Positions 42,910 through 43,000 of a stretch of 43,000 nt of DNA are shown here, in pieces. Below the pieces are notes generated by a model, which saw only the letters and a list, made by a program, of their open reading frames with translations, was not told the origin of the DNA and made no database searches. Source of the DNA: a virus (lineage: Duplodnaviria > Heunggongvirae > Uroviricota > Caudoviricetes). Each line of letters starts with the position of its first letter. Within the stretch, counting starts at the first letter, position 1. The stretch is taken from IMG/VR virus record IMGVR_UViG_3300021387_000463, positions 1 to 43,000 of that record. One strand, 5' to 3'. Both the position numbers and the translations under genes were made by a program.

Positions 42910-43000
42910 ATGAGGAAAAAACTTACGTTAGAAGAGTTCATAGAACGAGCAAATGAAATTCACAATAACAAGTATGATTATTCAAAATCAAAATATGTTA
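42910..43000 (+). CDS. Zn-ribbon-repeat endonuclease, N-terminus only (3' truncated)
   Basis: MRKKLTLEEFIERANEIHNNKYDYSKSKYV matches repeats of 12334..13233. Confidence 0.7.
   Translation, partial: MRKKLTLEEFIERANEIHNNKYDYSKSKYV

Noticed and set aside
1-43000. Stop-codon reassignment (TAG or TGA) as in Lak and some crAss-like phages
   Set aside because: Conserved genes are full-length in code 11; TAG and TGA end genes cleanly at terminators or overlaps (e.g. 5674, 14050, 37461, 1557); no CTA/TCA suppressor tRNA seen.
1-43000. CRISPR array, reverse transcriptase/DGR, integrase or IS element
   Set aside because: No regularly spaced repeats and no RT, Cas, integrase or transposase motifs in the ORF track.

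Overview
AT-rich, densely coding 43-kb segment of a large (probably jumbo) T4-like tailed phage that uses the standard genetic code. The host is most likely a gut anaerobe of the Bacteroidota: nine TTTG-N19/20-TAnnTTT(G/A) promoters, no obvious Shine-Dalgarno sites, a Bacteroidota-like sigma factor and an anaerobic ribonucleotide reductase. Recognisable genes include a Rad50/SbcC-gp46 ATPase, sigma70, ClpP, gp13-like neck protein, 5'-3' exonuclease, DnaB-like helicase, NrdD/NrdG with a ferredoxin-thioredoxin-reductase-like protein, two DNA-modification enzymes (Mom-like and N4/N6 MTase), Zn-ribbon endonucleases and a probable holin/spanin pair. Most notable: (i) unrelated proteins sharing an N-terminal MKKIIRLTESDLH...(L/I)xE leader under a TATTTAT motif, a candidate capsid-targeting system; (ii) a five-tRNA cluster with non-canonical members (Leu-AAG, an 8-nt-loop Leu-like tRNA, a long-variable-arm TTG tRNA) and an unexplained structured RNA; (iii) a three-gene minus-strand operon with two PAP2/class A acid-phosphatase proteins and BACON-like modules. 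All assignments were made by eye from motifs; no searches were run.
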